The position numbers were made by a program, and so were the translations under genes. From the human T2T-CHM13v2.0 reference genome, Homo sapiens: a stretch of 64,000 bases of DNA. The notes beneath the pieces are model-generated. The model did not search any database. It worked only from the letters and a program-made list of their open reading frames with translations, and was not told the DNA's origin. Location of the stretch: assembly GCF_009914755.1 (NCBI RefSeq), contig NC_060933.1; one strand, 5' to 3'. Below are positions 12,961 through 27,265 of the stretch, piece by piece (within the stretch, counting starts at the first letter, position 1; each line of letters begins with the position of its first letter).

Positions 12961-15494
12961 GGCTGGTACTTTGCTGGCGCACTGCTCCATGGGTCCCTGT
13001 CTGAATCATTTCCACCCTTGGGCAGCTATGAGTAAATGCCAGGACCTCCAGCCAAGATCTTTTCATTGGCTCTTTGTTTGGGCTGTTTTTGCCCTTTTAA
13101 AGTAAAAATACTTTATTTTTAACATATTGATGCTGTTGTTTTCTTTTTAAGAAGGTGCAAAAATAAAAAGCCAGGCTGGTTTCTCCTCTTGGCCAGTATG
13201 TCTGTGGCAGCCCTTATCAGACACCCGGAAGCTGTGTAAAGGACCCCCAGGCACCCAGGTTCCCAGAGAGAGAGTGGAGGGGCTCAGGATTGGGGGCGCT
13301 GCCACCAGAGGTAAAGGAGGCATGGCCTGTCCTCTTGGGGACAAACCAAAAGTGCAGGGGAGGGCCCAGGAGGACCCTCTACCCCTGCAACAAGGGCCTC
13401 TGTGGGTGGAACCAAGATTGTGAGAGCTGCCTGGGCCAACTGGAAGATGAAGAGCAATCCTCTCTGCAAGTGCCTCTGGGAAACGCCTCCCTAAAGCCAG
13501 CTCTGCCCTTGGGAAGCTCACAGGACAGAGGGGGAGGCAAGGGGAGTGGAGGGCTGAGGCCAAGTAAGGAAAGGGGAATAGGGACACAAAGAAGAGCCCA
13601 GGAAGGCCTCTTGGGAGAGGCAGCTCCTAAACCGAGCCCTGAAGGATGATAAGAGTTATGCAGATGAACGAGGACCAGAAAGGACACTGCAAGGAGCCGC
13701 ACTGAGATGGTAACCATATCCCCCACCTGGAGACTCAGTCTCCTACGCTGTCGAATGGGACAGTCCTAGTGGGTCTGGCCGGGCAGGGTTCTCACAAGGA
13801 CCCAGCAGTCTCACTATCCATTTGTTCATTGCTTTCATGATCAATCGTCACCTGTCTTCCTTGACACCATCCCACGCCAGGGCCTGGAGAGGCCAACAAG
13901 GATCAGATAAGGCCCTGGAAGGTTCTGGCTACTCCCAGGCCAGAAAGGAAGATGAATGAGAAGAGATGATGACAGTCTGCATTCAGGCAGGGTCTCCAGA
14001 GGGGGAGGGTCTGAGTCTTTCAGGGATATTCACGTCCATGTCCACTTTGCTACTTGATCAAGGATGAAGAGGAGGTGGGTAGCTCTGGAAGGCCAACAGG
14101 GAGATGTACTGAATGAGGAAAAGTCCCCAGGCAGGGCCCCCAAAGCAGAAAGCTGAGGCGGGAGCTCAGAGACCCACCCTAGCTCGAATATGCCACAGAG
14201 ACAGCAATGGCTTCACTGAAAAGGTGGTGGGACCAAGTGCAGCCACCCACAGCTCTGCCCACACTGCTCTGGCCCACAATTGCCCAGTGATCCCCACAGG
14301 GACTTGCTGAGGCCTGGGGTGGGGCCCACTCCCCAGGGCAACCAATCAGAGACAGCTGTGGCACATGGACACGAGGCCAAGGGCAGGAGCAGCTCCTGTC
14401 TGGGTCTCAGTTATCTCCTCATCTCCCCCATGATAACGTAAAGACAAAGTGAGGCTTCCAGGAACTCAGCGTTGCAGAGGTGGCTGTCACCATGGCAGTC
14501 TGCCCTGAGCCAGCAGGACCCAGTTCCTGATGGGGAGGTGGGAGGGGGAGAAAGAAGAGAGAAGCAGGTGCAGCCGGTACCCTGCCAAGGCGCCTGGGCC
14601 AGCGCTGGATGCAGGGGATCCCACAGCGCACCATTTGCCCTACATGTAAAGACTTTCTGACCATTGCCTAGGTATGGTTCTCTGGGCTGGGAGCGGCCTC
14701 CTTCCTGCCCTGCAGACCATTCCCCAGCAGCAGCCAGAGGGGTCTTTCAAACGCCAGAGTCACCCCCAGGCTCAAAACCCTGGGAGCCCGTTGTCTTCAG
14801 AACATGTTTCACAGTCCTTGGCCTGGGAGGCAGCCTGGCTGGGAGTTTCAGGCCTGGGCCTAAATCCAGCCTCTCAGAGCACCAGCCATGCGGGTGTCAA
14901 TGTTCCTGCAGCCGGACCCAGGGCCTCCCTTGCACACAGAGGAGGGTCCATGGTGTCGGAAAAACAAAGAAAGAGTATATATGGGCCAAGCTCCTTGCTG
15001 TCAGGCACGCACAGCCCTCAAGGACAGAGCGGACGAAGGCACAAGCCTCAGCCCTGGACCCAGGCTTCCCCTGTGCACAGAATCCCTCAGGCTTCCTGCC
15101 CTCAATGAGGTAGGTCTGGGCACGTGAGGCCCCTGCTCCCTGACCACTGGGCTGTGGGAGGGCCACCTGGGTCACCCCAGAGGTCCAGCAACTCCTGGAA
15201 ATCAGTGCCCACCAGGTGCGGGAAGCGCCTCTGCCCTTGCCCCTCCAGGCCCAAGGCAGGGAAGGGTAATTTTCTGGACAATGTCCAGGTGAGGCTGCTC
15301 CTCCAGGTTCTCCCAGGTAAGCTCCAGGTAAACGGGCTTTCCCAGCCCCTGCTGGTTTCCCTAACCACCCCTCTCACCCCAAAACATCCTTCATCAGCCC
15401 CACAATTGCCCACTGGAGATTCTGTGGCTCCTTCATGCCAGGCCCCTGATTCATGGAGAGTCACTCAAAGGGAGACAAACTAGAAAGTAGAAGT

Positions 15495-15835
<341 letters not shown>

Positions 15836-16465
15836 TCACTCCCTGCCTGGCCCGGGGAGCAAAGCCCCCACAAAAAGCAAGTGCAAAGCAATGCATGGGC
15901 AGAGGTGCAGGAGGGGAACTAGGCTGGCAAATGCGAATTTAAATGAGCCATTCATTGCCAAGCAGTGCGTTATGGCACTCAGAGACATATAAAGCGACTC
16001 TTGACATAAAAAGGACCCCCTTAGCTCCAGGCCCACCTCCTGTTCTTGTTCTGCCCGATCCTTCATCTGGGGGCATGAGGCTGGGTGGGGTGTCCCTCCC
16101 CTTCCTATGATTTCTCCTGCAAAAAGCATCCAGGGCAGCATTTATGGACCACCTGCAGCATACCTAACCCTGGGCTAAAAAAAGTAAGGAATGTCAACTG
16201 CCGTGTCTGGGAAGCCTTGCTGGTGCTGGTGACCAGGGCAGGACGCTGGGTGGACACAAACTAGGGAAGGGGCAGGGCTTGAAGTCACCACCGCCGGCAG
16301 CCTCCCACCTCTGAAAAGGTCCCTGTCCTCGGGCTGGGCCCACCAGCCACATGGCTCAAATTTATCTTCCTGCCTCCCCAGCCTGTGGAGAGGGGAGGAA
16401 GCTCTGAGGGCCTGGGACTGCCTGGGACTCCCACTAACACTGTATCTGGGAGAGCAATGCCCCCC

Positions 16466-17790
16466 CCACACACATGCACACAGACACATATGCACACCTG
16501 ACCCACACACACAGACACATGTGCACACCTGCCCACACACGTGCATACCTGCTCACACAGACACATGTGCACACCTGTTTACACACATACACATGTGCAC
16601 CCCTGCCCACACAAACATGTGCACACCTGCCCACATGCATACATACACATGTGCACACCTGCTCACACATGTGCACACCTGCCTTCACATACATACACAT
16701 GTGCACACCTGCCCACACACATACACATGTGCACACCTGCCCACACACATGCACACCTGCTCACAGACATGCACACCTGCTAACACACATACACATGTGC
16801 ACACCTAAACGTGCACACCTACTCACATGCACACAGACATGCACACCTGCTCACACTCAGACACATGTCAATACCTGCCCACACACATCACAACTGCTCA
16901 CACTCAGACACACGTGCACACCTGCCTTCACATACACATGTGCACACCTGCCCACACATATATACTCATGTGTACACCTGCCCACACATACATACACGTG
17001 CACACCTGCCCACTCACATGCACACCTGCTTACACTCAGACACACGTGCACACCTGCCTTCACATACACATGTGCACACCTGCCCACACATACATGCACA
17101 TGTGCACACCTGCCCACACACATGCACATCTGCCCACATGCACATCTGCTCACACTCAGACATATGTGCACACTTGCCTTCACATACTTACACATGTGTA
17201 CACCTGCCCCCACACACATGCACACCTGCTCACACAAACACACATGTACAGCTGCCCCACACACATGCACACCTGCTCACACAAACACACATGCACACCT
17301 GCTTACACACATACACACGTGCACACCTGCCCCCACACTCATGCACATCTCACATGCACACAGACATATGCACACCTGCTGACACACAGACACATGTGCA
17401 CACATGCCCACACATACATACACATGTGCACAATTGCCCACATACACGCGCACAACTGCTCACACACAGACACGTGCACACCTGCTCTCACACACACATA
17501 TGCACACCTGCTCTCACACGTGCACATCTGTTCACATGCACACATACACATGTGCACACTTGCTCACACTCAGACACAAGTGCACACATGCCCACATGCA
17601 TACACATGTGCACACCTGTTGCCATGCACACATACTCATGTGCACATTTGCTCACATATATGCATACCTGCTCTCACACACAGGCACGTGCATACCTGCT
17701 CACACACACATACACATGTTCACACTGCTCACACACAGACGTGCACACCTGCTCACCCGCATACATATATGTTCATGTGTGCACACCCCC
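16466..17790. repeat. CA-rich minisatellite (~20-26 bp unit, core ACATGTGCACACCTGC)
   Basis: Dozens of ACACATGTGCACACCTGC(C/T)CAC variants. Confidence 0.97.
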
Positions 17791-18214
17791 AGCAGGTGCA
17801 TGTGCCCTGTGGTTGCCTGACTTCCACACCACAGGCTTGTGAAAGTGATGGGCGCTAATGTTGCCAGCTGCATCTCTGGGCAGGTTTCCTTGGCAACCTC
17901 TCTCTCCTACTCTCTCAGTTTGGGTCCCAGTGTCTCCATGAGAGTATCAGAGCCATTGGGAGCAGAGTTCTGTAACCTCTTAAAAAGATGTGTCAGGGTT
18001 GACAAACACATCTTGGCACAGCACCCAATCATGGAGCTCTGCATTTCAGGTGCTGGCCTCGTGATGGAAACCTGCTTGGACCCCAAAACGCTGTGCAACC
18101 TTCTGGGAGACTCGGCCTTTCTGAACCCCAGCTCTGGGGCTGAGGCCATGGGAGCAGTGCTGCTGCCTCACAGGCTGCGTCCAGTACATGTAGCTGGGAA
18201 GGGCAGCTAGTCAT

Positions 18215-18375
18215 CCCAGGAGCTGCACCTGGGAAACGCTCTCCCTTGCAGACCCAGGATGGAACCATCCCTGCTCACACCTTGACCTCAGATTTCTGAC
18301 CTCCAGAACTGGGAGACGATTCATTTCCGTGGTGAAAGCCCCTGGTCTGTGGCATGTTTTCCTGGCCACCTTGCA
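18215..18375 (+). mobile_element. MLT1 LTR 3' fragment
   Basis: CCCTGCTCACACCTTGACCTCAGATTTCTGACCTCCAGAACTGGGAGA. Confidence 0.7.
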
Positions 18376-19299
18376 CTGGGTCCTAAAGCAGAGGGGCAGC
18401 CATCAGCCCCACCTCCACCTGCCCCACCCACCAACTCTGTTGCAGGAGCCTCAGGTCCCCAGGCCTGTGTCAACTAACCCAGGGGTCAGTCAGGAAGCTT
18501 TTGAGAGCAGCTGAACTGAGCCGCAAGGGACCAGCCAGTTGGATCCGTCAGAACTGACCCTGCCTTCCGATGGATCAGACACCTTCCGGCTGCAGGATAG
18601 AAAGTGACCTTGGGTGTAGGGCCAGCTGCACATGGAAGACACCTTTGGAAAAGCTCGTCCTGTGACCGGATCCCCGGGGCCTGCCCCCTCAGCCCGGATC
18701 CTGTCCTGCCAGGCCCGGGTGCCCCTCCCCTGCCTGACTCAGTTTCCCTGACCCCACCCTGGACTCTGCTTCCCCAGCCTCACCCCATAGCCCAGGCCTT
18801 CCCGACCCTGTTGGACACCTGCACCAGGCCCCTGAGTCTAGTGGAGGCTTCCCATCCCTCCCTTCTGCTCCAGCGTCCACAGCTTGACTCTCAGCTTGGC
18901 TCTTGAGGTGTCTGCGGCCTGCCCCTCGCAAGGTGACCCCTCCGCCAGCCTCCTCCACCCCACAGGCCCCTCCTGGACCTGCCGCCTTCCTCTTGTCCGG
19001 ATGGCACTGAGGCGGGGACTTTGTCCTTCCTGCACAGTCTTCGAGGGGCTGGAGGGTCCTCAGAGGCAGAGCTCCTGGGGGTGGTGGGGCCATCACCTCA
19101 GTGGGAGGGGCAGTCCCATGGATCATTCACCAGGCAGAGGGGCTGGGGGGTCTGGGGCTGGCCTTGCCCCTGGTAAACCAGGGGGCATCGTGAGTCTTGC
19201 CTGAGTCCCTCGAGGAAGCGGCTCCTTTCAGGAAGCCTTTTTCCAGAACACACAGTAGGGAGTACAAGCGAGCCTGTGCTGAGCCCAGGTGAAACTCAG

Positions 19300-20580
19300 C
19301 ATTATAGGAACAACTGGATAAACATTTAGAAAAGATAGAATGGGATCTGACTTTATGGCATATCCCAGAGTAAACTCCAAGTGGATCAGAGATTGAAATG
19401 TAAAAAATGAAACCACAGGGCCTGGGGCAGTGGCTCAAGCCTCCCAACACTTCGTGAGGCTGAGGCGGGAGGATCGCTTGAGCCCAGGAGTCTGAGACCT
19501 GCCTAGGCAACTTAGGGAGTCCTCGTCTCTATTTTTAAAAAAAAAGAAAGAAAGAAAAGAAGAAATGAAACTACAAATGATCCCAAGGAATTTGCAGCAT
19601 GTGAATTTTTTATAATCTAAGAGCAGGAATAACTGTGGCTCCAAAGTCAGAAGCAATAATGGAAGATACTGATGATATTGATGTGTGAATGTTATAATTA
19701 CATATAAAAAATTGAGACCATGCCAAAAAGCAAAATATAAACAAAGTTAAAACACACATGATCAACACAGAGGGGAAAAATCCACAATTTATGTCACAGT
19801 CAAAGGGCTGATCTCCCTAACACAGAAAGAGCTCTGATAAAAACAGGGAGGGAAAAAGATCAAAACCTGATCAGAACAAAAGGGACATAAAAGATGTCAA
19901 CAGGCAGGTCAGAGAGACATGCAGACATGCAGACCACCCTCAAACAGAAGCCATCAGAGGGACCTCACTTAACAAGCGTGCCTGGGAGCTGCCTGGAGAC
20001 ACCACTTCTTCCCCATCAGTGGGCACTGCACTGGGGCTTGACCACATGCTCTGCAGGCAGCTGTGCGGAGAAGTGGGCCCTGTCTCCCACCACTTGGAGC
20101 ATACACGACAGTACCATTCCTGCGGGGCACAAAGTGCCGCAGTGCGAAGGGAAGATCCAGCAACCTATGAGCAAAGTACAGGTGTATCGCCTGAAGCAGC
20201 CGTCTCCAATGTAGGAAATCACATACGCCCAAGGGCGTTTGTCATGGCATTATAAGCAGTATCAAAACAATGGAGACATCCCAGCTGTCCTTCAGCAAGG
20301 GCCTGGTCAGATGAACCAGGGTGCGGCCATGCGGTGGGTACCAGGCAGCCGTGAGGAGGAAGCAGTCCACTCTCCGTGCTCTCCCGCGCCTGCTCTCCAG
20401 GACGCGGCCTTCAGGGACAACAGAGAGGAACAAGGAGTGCAGAATGCCCCCTTCTGTGCAGCGGAAAACATGCACTTGACCTTCTGCTTCTGCCATGACA
20501 AATGAACATGCACAGGACAAGCATTCCTACCATACACGACTATCAAGCTGGGCAAAATCGACAAAGCGGCTGTTTGCAGA
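19300..20580 (+). mobile_element. Old L1M (ORF2 3' end / 3' UTR), interrupted by FLAM
   Basis: ACAACTGGATA, AAACTCCAAGTGGATCAGAGATTGAAATGTAAAAAATGAAAC, CAAAGGGCTGATCTCCCTAA; strongly decayed distally. Confidence 0.7.
19419..19562 (+). mobile_element. FLAM (Alu monomer)
   Basis: GAGGCTGAGGCGGGAGGATCGCTTGAGCCCAGGAG plus A tail; TSD AAATGAAACCACA / AAATGAAACTACA. Confidence 0.88.
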
Positions 20581-21701
20581 CACTGGGCCACAGGCTGTGA
20601 CACTGTGCCCTGTGCTCTCCCTAACTTCTGCCTGGAGGCACTTTCTGGACACAGGATGGGCAGGTGGAGCCTAGGCAGAGCACAGGTGTCTCACTGAGCT
20701 CAGTCAGCCTGGGGAGACTGAGGCAGCTGGGATTTGCAGGGCAGAGGATCAGAGAGGAGGGAGCTGCACAGAGAAGAGATTCAGAAACGCATGGAAGGTC
20801 CTCTAAGGGCTTCTGGATACTGAGCTGCACACGTGAAAGGCAAGATGAGGCCTGACAGAGGACATCTCTGAATGAAGAGACTGGAGCTAAGGACAGCCCG
20901 GAGGCGACACGCTGCTGGGAGTCATTCACATCCCAACCAGCCAGAGCGGGAGGCCTGGGTGCCCAGCAAGAATGCCAGGCATTGGGAGTTGGCTTCCTGG
21001 CCCTAGAGTAAAGGCTGCACCAGACCCACCCTACCAAAGCTGAAAAGCAGCTCGGCAGGACAATCTGACCCAGGAAAATGCCCACCAGGGAGGATGCACT
21101 GTTGCAAGTCCAGATGCAACAGTGGAGCATCTTTAATGTCCAGCGTATGTTAAAAAAAAAAACAAACCCTACACATAGAGATTTGGGAAAATCTGACACA
21201 CAGCCAGGGAAAAGGACTAACAGTAAATAGAAATACACCCAGAGACACTGGAATTCACAGACGAGCACTTAGAAATGGCTATTACAAATATGTTCAAGAG
21301 CTTAGAAGAACAGACGGTGACGATAAGCAAACAGATGGAGACTCTCGGCAGAAATGAAATGCCCTGAAACAAAATGGAAATTCTGACACTGAAAACTACA
21401 CTCTCTGGAACAAAAACAACCCTGGGCGAGCTTCACAAACAGATTGGAGATGGCAGAAGAAAGAATCAGTGAACTGAAAGACAGAGCAACAGAAATTATT
21501 CAATGTGAAGGAAAGAGAGAGAAAAATCATTCAGAAAATAGAGAGATTCAGTGAGACAATGTCAAGTCGTCTAACATAAGTGTCAATATCCATTGAATCT
21601 ATTCCTGGAGCCCCAGAAGGAGAGGAGAAAAAGACTGCAGCTGGGATAAAAAATGGATTTGAAGAAATAATGGACGAAATTTCTCAAAATATCATGAAAA
21701 A

Positions 21702-21998
<297 letters not shown>

Positions 21999-22049
21999 TC
22001 ATGAAAAACATCAACCTACAGAAGAAATAACAAGTCCTAAGCATAACGT

Positions 22050-22585
22050 GCATGCATGCACACACACAGACACACACACAAACACACAGACACACACAGA
22101 GACACACACACACACAGAGACACACACACACACAAACACACGGACACACACGGAGACATACACACACAGACACACACAGAGACACACATAGACACACACA
22201 CCATACACAGACACACACATAAACACACAGACACACACACACAAACAGAAACACACACACCATACACAGACACACACAAACACACATGCACACAGAGACA
22301 CATACACAGAAACACACACACCACACACACAGACACATGCACACCACACACATACAGACACACACAAACACACACACAAACACACACCACACATAGAGAC
22401 AAACACATGAACACACACAAACACACATACACACAGAGACACACACACAGAGCCACACCATACACACACACACACACAGACACACCACACACAGACACAC
22501 CACACACACCCCAAACAAATATGTGCATGCACACACCCCACACACAGAGAGACACACACACACCATACACATACACAAACACACC
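22050..22585. repeat. Degenerate (CA)n tract inside the L1 ORF1 remnant
   Basis: CACACACAGACAC variants; L1-like sequence resumes on both sides. Confidence 0.95.
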
Positions 22586-24246
22586 AAGGTACTTTATAAC
22601 AAATACTGAAAACCAAAAATAAAAATACACTCTGAAAAGCAGCTAGAGAAAAATTAAACATGACATGTAGGAGGGGAAGAAAAGAAATACCTCCAGCTTG
22701 TCATTAGAAACAATGCCAGCAGGAGACAATTGATGACATCTTTGCAGACTGAAAAAATCGTCGGCCTAGAATCCTACATCTCACAAAAATACCTTTCAAG
22801 AGCAAAAGCAGATTTCCAGTTTCAGCTTGAAGACAGCAGAAAGAGCCTTGCTTCAGCCCTTACAATAAGAAAAAAAGCTGAGAAACTGCAAGTTAATGAT
22901 TTTTTCATCAGGCCTTCAGAGAAATGGAGTCACAGGGGAAACAAGCAAGCCAAAATCTGGAGAAAAACAGGCTTCCGGGGAGAAACAGGACCTGAGCATG
23001 TTCTCACCTGGGGCAGATGCCACTGAGTCTATTACAAGCTGGTAGATATAGATCTATATTGGGTAGAAATGTGTAAGAATTTACTAAAGGCCAAGCATGG
23101 ATAAGCATGGGAGTGTGACACCCCTGGTGCCACAGACATATGGGAGGTTCTCACCCTCTTGAAGCTTTTCTTCCAAGGATCCCACCAACCGCTCCCAGGG
23201 AAGACACAAGGAAAATCCTAGGGAAGCTTTACCTGGGGTACTGGTGGAAGGAAACACATTTACCTCCAAAACTCTGCCCAGACCCATCCCCACTCTCTGC
23301 CCAATGGAACAAAGTCTGCAAAGAAAAACAACAACAACACAAAAATCCGAGCCTCTGTCACTGGTAGGAGTCCATGGAAGCTGGGAGAGGAAAACAGAAA
23401 AAAGAAAAAACTCTACCTTAGGAGAGGGTCAGACACACATGCTAACCATGGCACCACCCCGGAAGAGGGCAGGCACACGTGGGAAGAGCCTGGAACAACA
23501 TTGGATGGCCTAACATACATGTAGTGCAGTTCCAGAAGGAGAAGACACAGAGAAGAGGCTGAAAGAAGTATTTGAAGACCTAACGGCTAAAAATTCTCCA
23601 ATATGAGTGACGGACACCAGATCACAGATTCAGGAAGCCCAGAGAACATCAAGAAGGGTAAACACCAGGAAAATCCACACCTGGATACATCTTCAAACCA
23701 CCACAAATGAAGGACAAAGACAATCTTCTTGAAACCGGATGGGGAAAAAGATACATTATCTACAGAGAAACATAGATAAGAATTTCCACAGACTTCTCAT
23801 CAGAAACCATGCAAGCAAAAAGACAAAGGAGAGATTTCTTTTTTTTAAAGAACTGAATGAAAAATGAAGACTTCCAAAAAAAAAAAACCTGAAAGAATTC
23901 ATTACCAGAAAACCCACTCTACACAAAAAATATTAAAGTTCTTCAAGTGGAAGGAATATTATATAGACAGAAACTTGAATCTAGAAAAAGAAATGAAGAT
24001 ACTGGAAATTGACTGAAGACAAAAGAAAATCATTTTTAAATTTAATTTATCTAAAACATCATTGTTTAAAGGGAAGATTATAATAATTTATTGTATGTTT
24101 GTGACATATGTCAAAGCAAAGTGTGTAATAAAAACGACACAGGAGGAGGAGGGAGGAATTCCATGTATACTGGTCCTTACACTGCACTTGAAGAAGTACA
24201 ATATTATTTTAAGGTGTGCTCAGATTGTTTAAAAATATAAATTGTG

Positions 24247-24604
<358 letters not shown>

Positions 24605-25609
24605 TCAATAGAGGAAATATAATGGGATAATAAAATGCTCAATTATGATCAGAAGATGGAGGAAAAGATGGGAAATGAGACAAAAAAGCAAATGTAATAA
24701 CCTGTCACATGGTCCTGAAGCACAGCAGCATAAAGCGTAGGAGTACAAAAAAACATAGCTTCACTTATGGAGCATAAAGTGAATCCTTATGAAGGATTTA
24801 TACCTAAATTTCAATATACAGAAAAGACAGGGGGACAGAGGAACAAGCTGAACCTGTCATGAAGAAACAGAAGAACTCAAGCTGTGGGCGCTCTTCAAGA
24901 CATAGCCCTTCAAGAGGAAAAGTCAAGAAAATAATGTCGAGAAACTATATTTTTAACCTAAAACTTTCAATCTGGAAGGAACAGGAACTTTTCTAGTTTT
25001 AGAGACAGGTGAGGCAGTGCGTGAAACTTGGTTAAGTCTTGGTTCAAAGTCACAGCTATAAGAGATGTAGGGAGCACTGGGCACTTTTAACCTGGACAGG
25101 ATATTAGATAGTATTTGAGAACTGATTCCTAATTTCCTTACATGTGATCAAGGTATTGTGGTTCTGTAGAAAATGTCCTTGTTTTTAACACATGCAAGTG
25201 AAAGGATTGGGAGCAAAGTGTCACAGTGCCTCGAACTCATTGTGAAATGCTCAGCAAAACTTTAGAGGAAGGAAAGAGAGAAACATACATGGCAATATGC
25301 TAATAATTGTTGAACCTAAGTGGGAGAGATACAGGTTTTCATATGCTATTCTTCATTTATTCTTCCATAATGAACATTTTCGTAATTTAAAAAATCCTCC
25401 CATTATCCACAGACCCGATTTTCAGGAGGTGCCACCATCTGGTTCACAGGCATATGCCCAAAAGTAAGCGAGGAGCTCTGAGCAGCCAGCGTGGCAGTCA
25501 CCAAGCCCTCCAGGCTGCAACTCCCAAGGTGGATGTTTATTGATTGAGCTCAACGTCTGCTCCCCCTTCCCATCTGCTCTGACTTCCGTTTGGAGATCCA
25601 CGTGGTTTA

Positions 25610-25941
25610 GGAGAAGCTGGCTCCACTCCAATCTGAATATTCTATCCCCTGACCACAGAGAATCAGGGACACATATGTGATCTAAGGCAGTCCAGTCCCC
25701 CCACAGGGGGCAGGAGTTGCCCACAACCAGCTCAAGAATGAAGGGGAACCAACCCTAAGCAAAGCCAATCCTGCAGAAGCAGTGCCCAGAGGTTAAAGGA
25801 CCTTGGGGACATCATGGAGAGCCCCTGGAGCATCCCTCACCGGAAGCCACCACATCCACCAGATTGGTCTGTTGAAGAAGCCAATAGATTCGCTTAGGCT
25901 GCCATACTGCTGCTTGCAATCAAAAAGATGCTGAGTCATAC
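25610..25941 (+). mobile_element. Old MLT1 (J/K/L-type) LTR fragment
   Basis: ATCCCCTGACCACAG, GAAGCCAATAGATTC, ends CTTGCAATCAAAAAGATGCTGAGTCATACA. Confidence 0.55.
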
Positions 25942-26164
25942 AATTCCATAGAAGAATCCCTCAGGCCCTCACTTCCAGCCGTAAATCAGTAAACAATGTT
26001 CAGGTGCAATTCTGAAATCTGTATCTTGTTTCCGGGAACTCAGGAGTGGAGACCCTGTAGACTAAGAGAGGCAAGGGCCGTGCAGGCAAGCACGCCACCC
26101 GCACCCACAGTGAGTGCTGACAGCCCGCAAGCCGGCAGGCTCTTCCCAGGAGAGGAAGCCTGGC

Positions 26165-26370
26165 ACTCAGCCTCTGCATAATTAGAGAAATGGAAATTAA
26201 AACCACAACAAGATCCACTTCACACCCACCAGGCTGGCAAAATCTCCAAGCCGGAATAATATCCAGTGCTGGCAAGGATGTGTGACACCTCAGATACCCA
26301 AATGCTGCTGGTAGGAGTGTAAATTTATGGAATTCACATTGGATAGCAATTGGCAGATATCTACATATGT
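26165..26370 (+). mobile_element. L1M fragment
   Basis: ATTAGAGAAATGGAAATTAAAACCACAACAAGATCCACTTCACACCCACCAGGCTGGC. Confidence 0.75.
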
Positions 26371-26460
26371 TATATGCACGTGTATATACATGTATATGTG
26401 TGTGTATGCATATGCTTATGTGTGGATGTGTGTGTGTGTGTGTGTGTGTATTTCCATGTA

Positions 26461-26856
26461 CAGTCATGTGCCACATAACAGCACTTCCGTCAAGAACAGA
26501 TGGCATATACAATGGTGGCCCCATAAGATTAGAACAGAGCAGACCTTGTACAGGTGTACTGTATTTTATCTTTTATACTGTATTTTTACTACACTGTTTC
26601 TATGTTTAGGTATGTTTACATGCACAGATACTTACCATTGTGTTACAATCACCTGCACCGTTCAGTACAGTACCACCCTGCCTGGGTTTGTAGCCCGGGA
26701 GCAGGAGGTCCTGCCATACAGCCCAGGCGTGTGGGAGGCGATGAGTCTGTGCCATCTGGGTTTGAGTAAGTTCACACTATGATGCCCGCACGGCAACGAA
26801 ATCGCCTAACAGCGCCTTCCTCAGAACCATCCCTGCCATCGGGCGATGTGTGACTG
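26461..26856. mobile_element. Tigger3a/MER7-type TcMar DNA transposon (non-autonomous)
   Basis: TA|CAGTCATGTGCC...GATGTGTGACTG|TA termini with TA target duplication; internal GATACTTACCATTGTGTTACAAT. Confidence 0.85.
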
Positions 26857-27169
26857 TATGTGTATATGTGTATACACAGACATGTACGTGTATACATACA
26901 GTGCAAAATATTGACAGTTGGTGAATCTAACTGAGGGGCATGCAAGTGGTCCTTGTCTATTCTTTCAACGTGTCTGTTTGCTCGAAAATCCTCAAGGTAA
27001 GCTGGGGAAAATCATCTAAAAGGCGGCAAGAAAGGAAAGAAGTTATACACAGAATCTGCAAACAAACAGTATACGTAAAAGAAAACAGCAGCTCCAAACT
27101 TAGATGTATCAGTAATTGCATTAAGTATAAACAGACGAAGAGCTCGACTTGTGAGCCTATGTCGTTGAC

Positions 27170-27265
27170 TCTGTGTGTATGTGTCTGTGCATGTGTGTGT
27201 GATGGATTTGTCTGTGTGTGTGTGTGTGTCTGTGCGTGTGTGTGTGATGGATTTGTCTATATGTG
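27170..27265. repeat. (TG)n-rich tract with internal duplication of TGTGTGATGGATTTGTCT
   Basis: Two near-identical blocks in tandem. Confidence 0.8.

Noticed and set aside
15100-15335. Cluster of splice-donor-like sites (GAG|GTAGGT, CAG|GTAAGC, CAG|GTAAAC)
   Set aside because: I could not pair them with convincing acceptors or a coding frame; lncRNA exons cannot be excluded without RNA data.
16434-17858. 300+ aa His/Thr/Cys-rich ORFs resembling metal-binding proteins (also 21982-22661 and 47674-49824)
   Set aside because: CA/TG repeat translations in several frames; no zinc-finger spacing or splice context.
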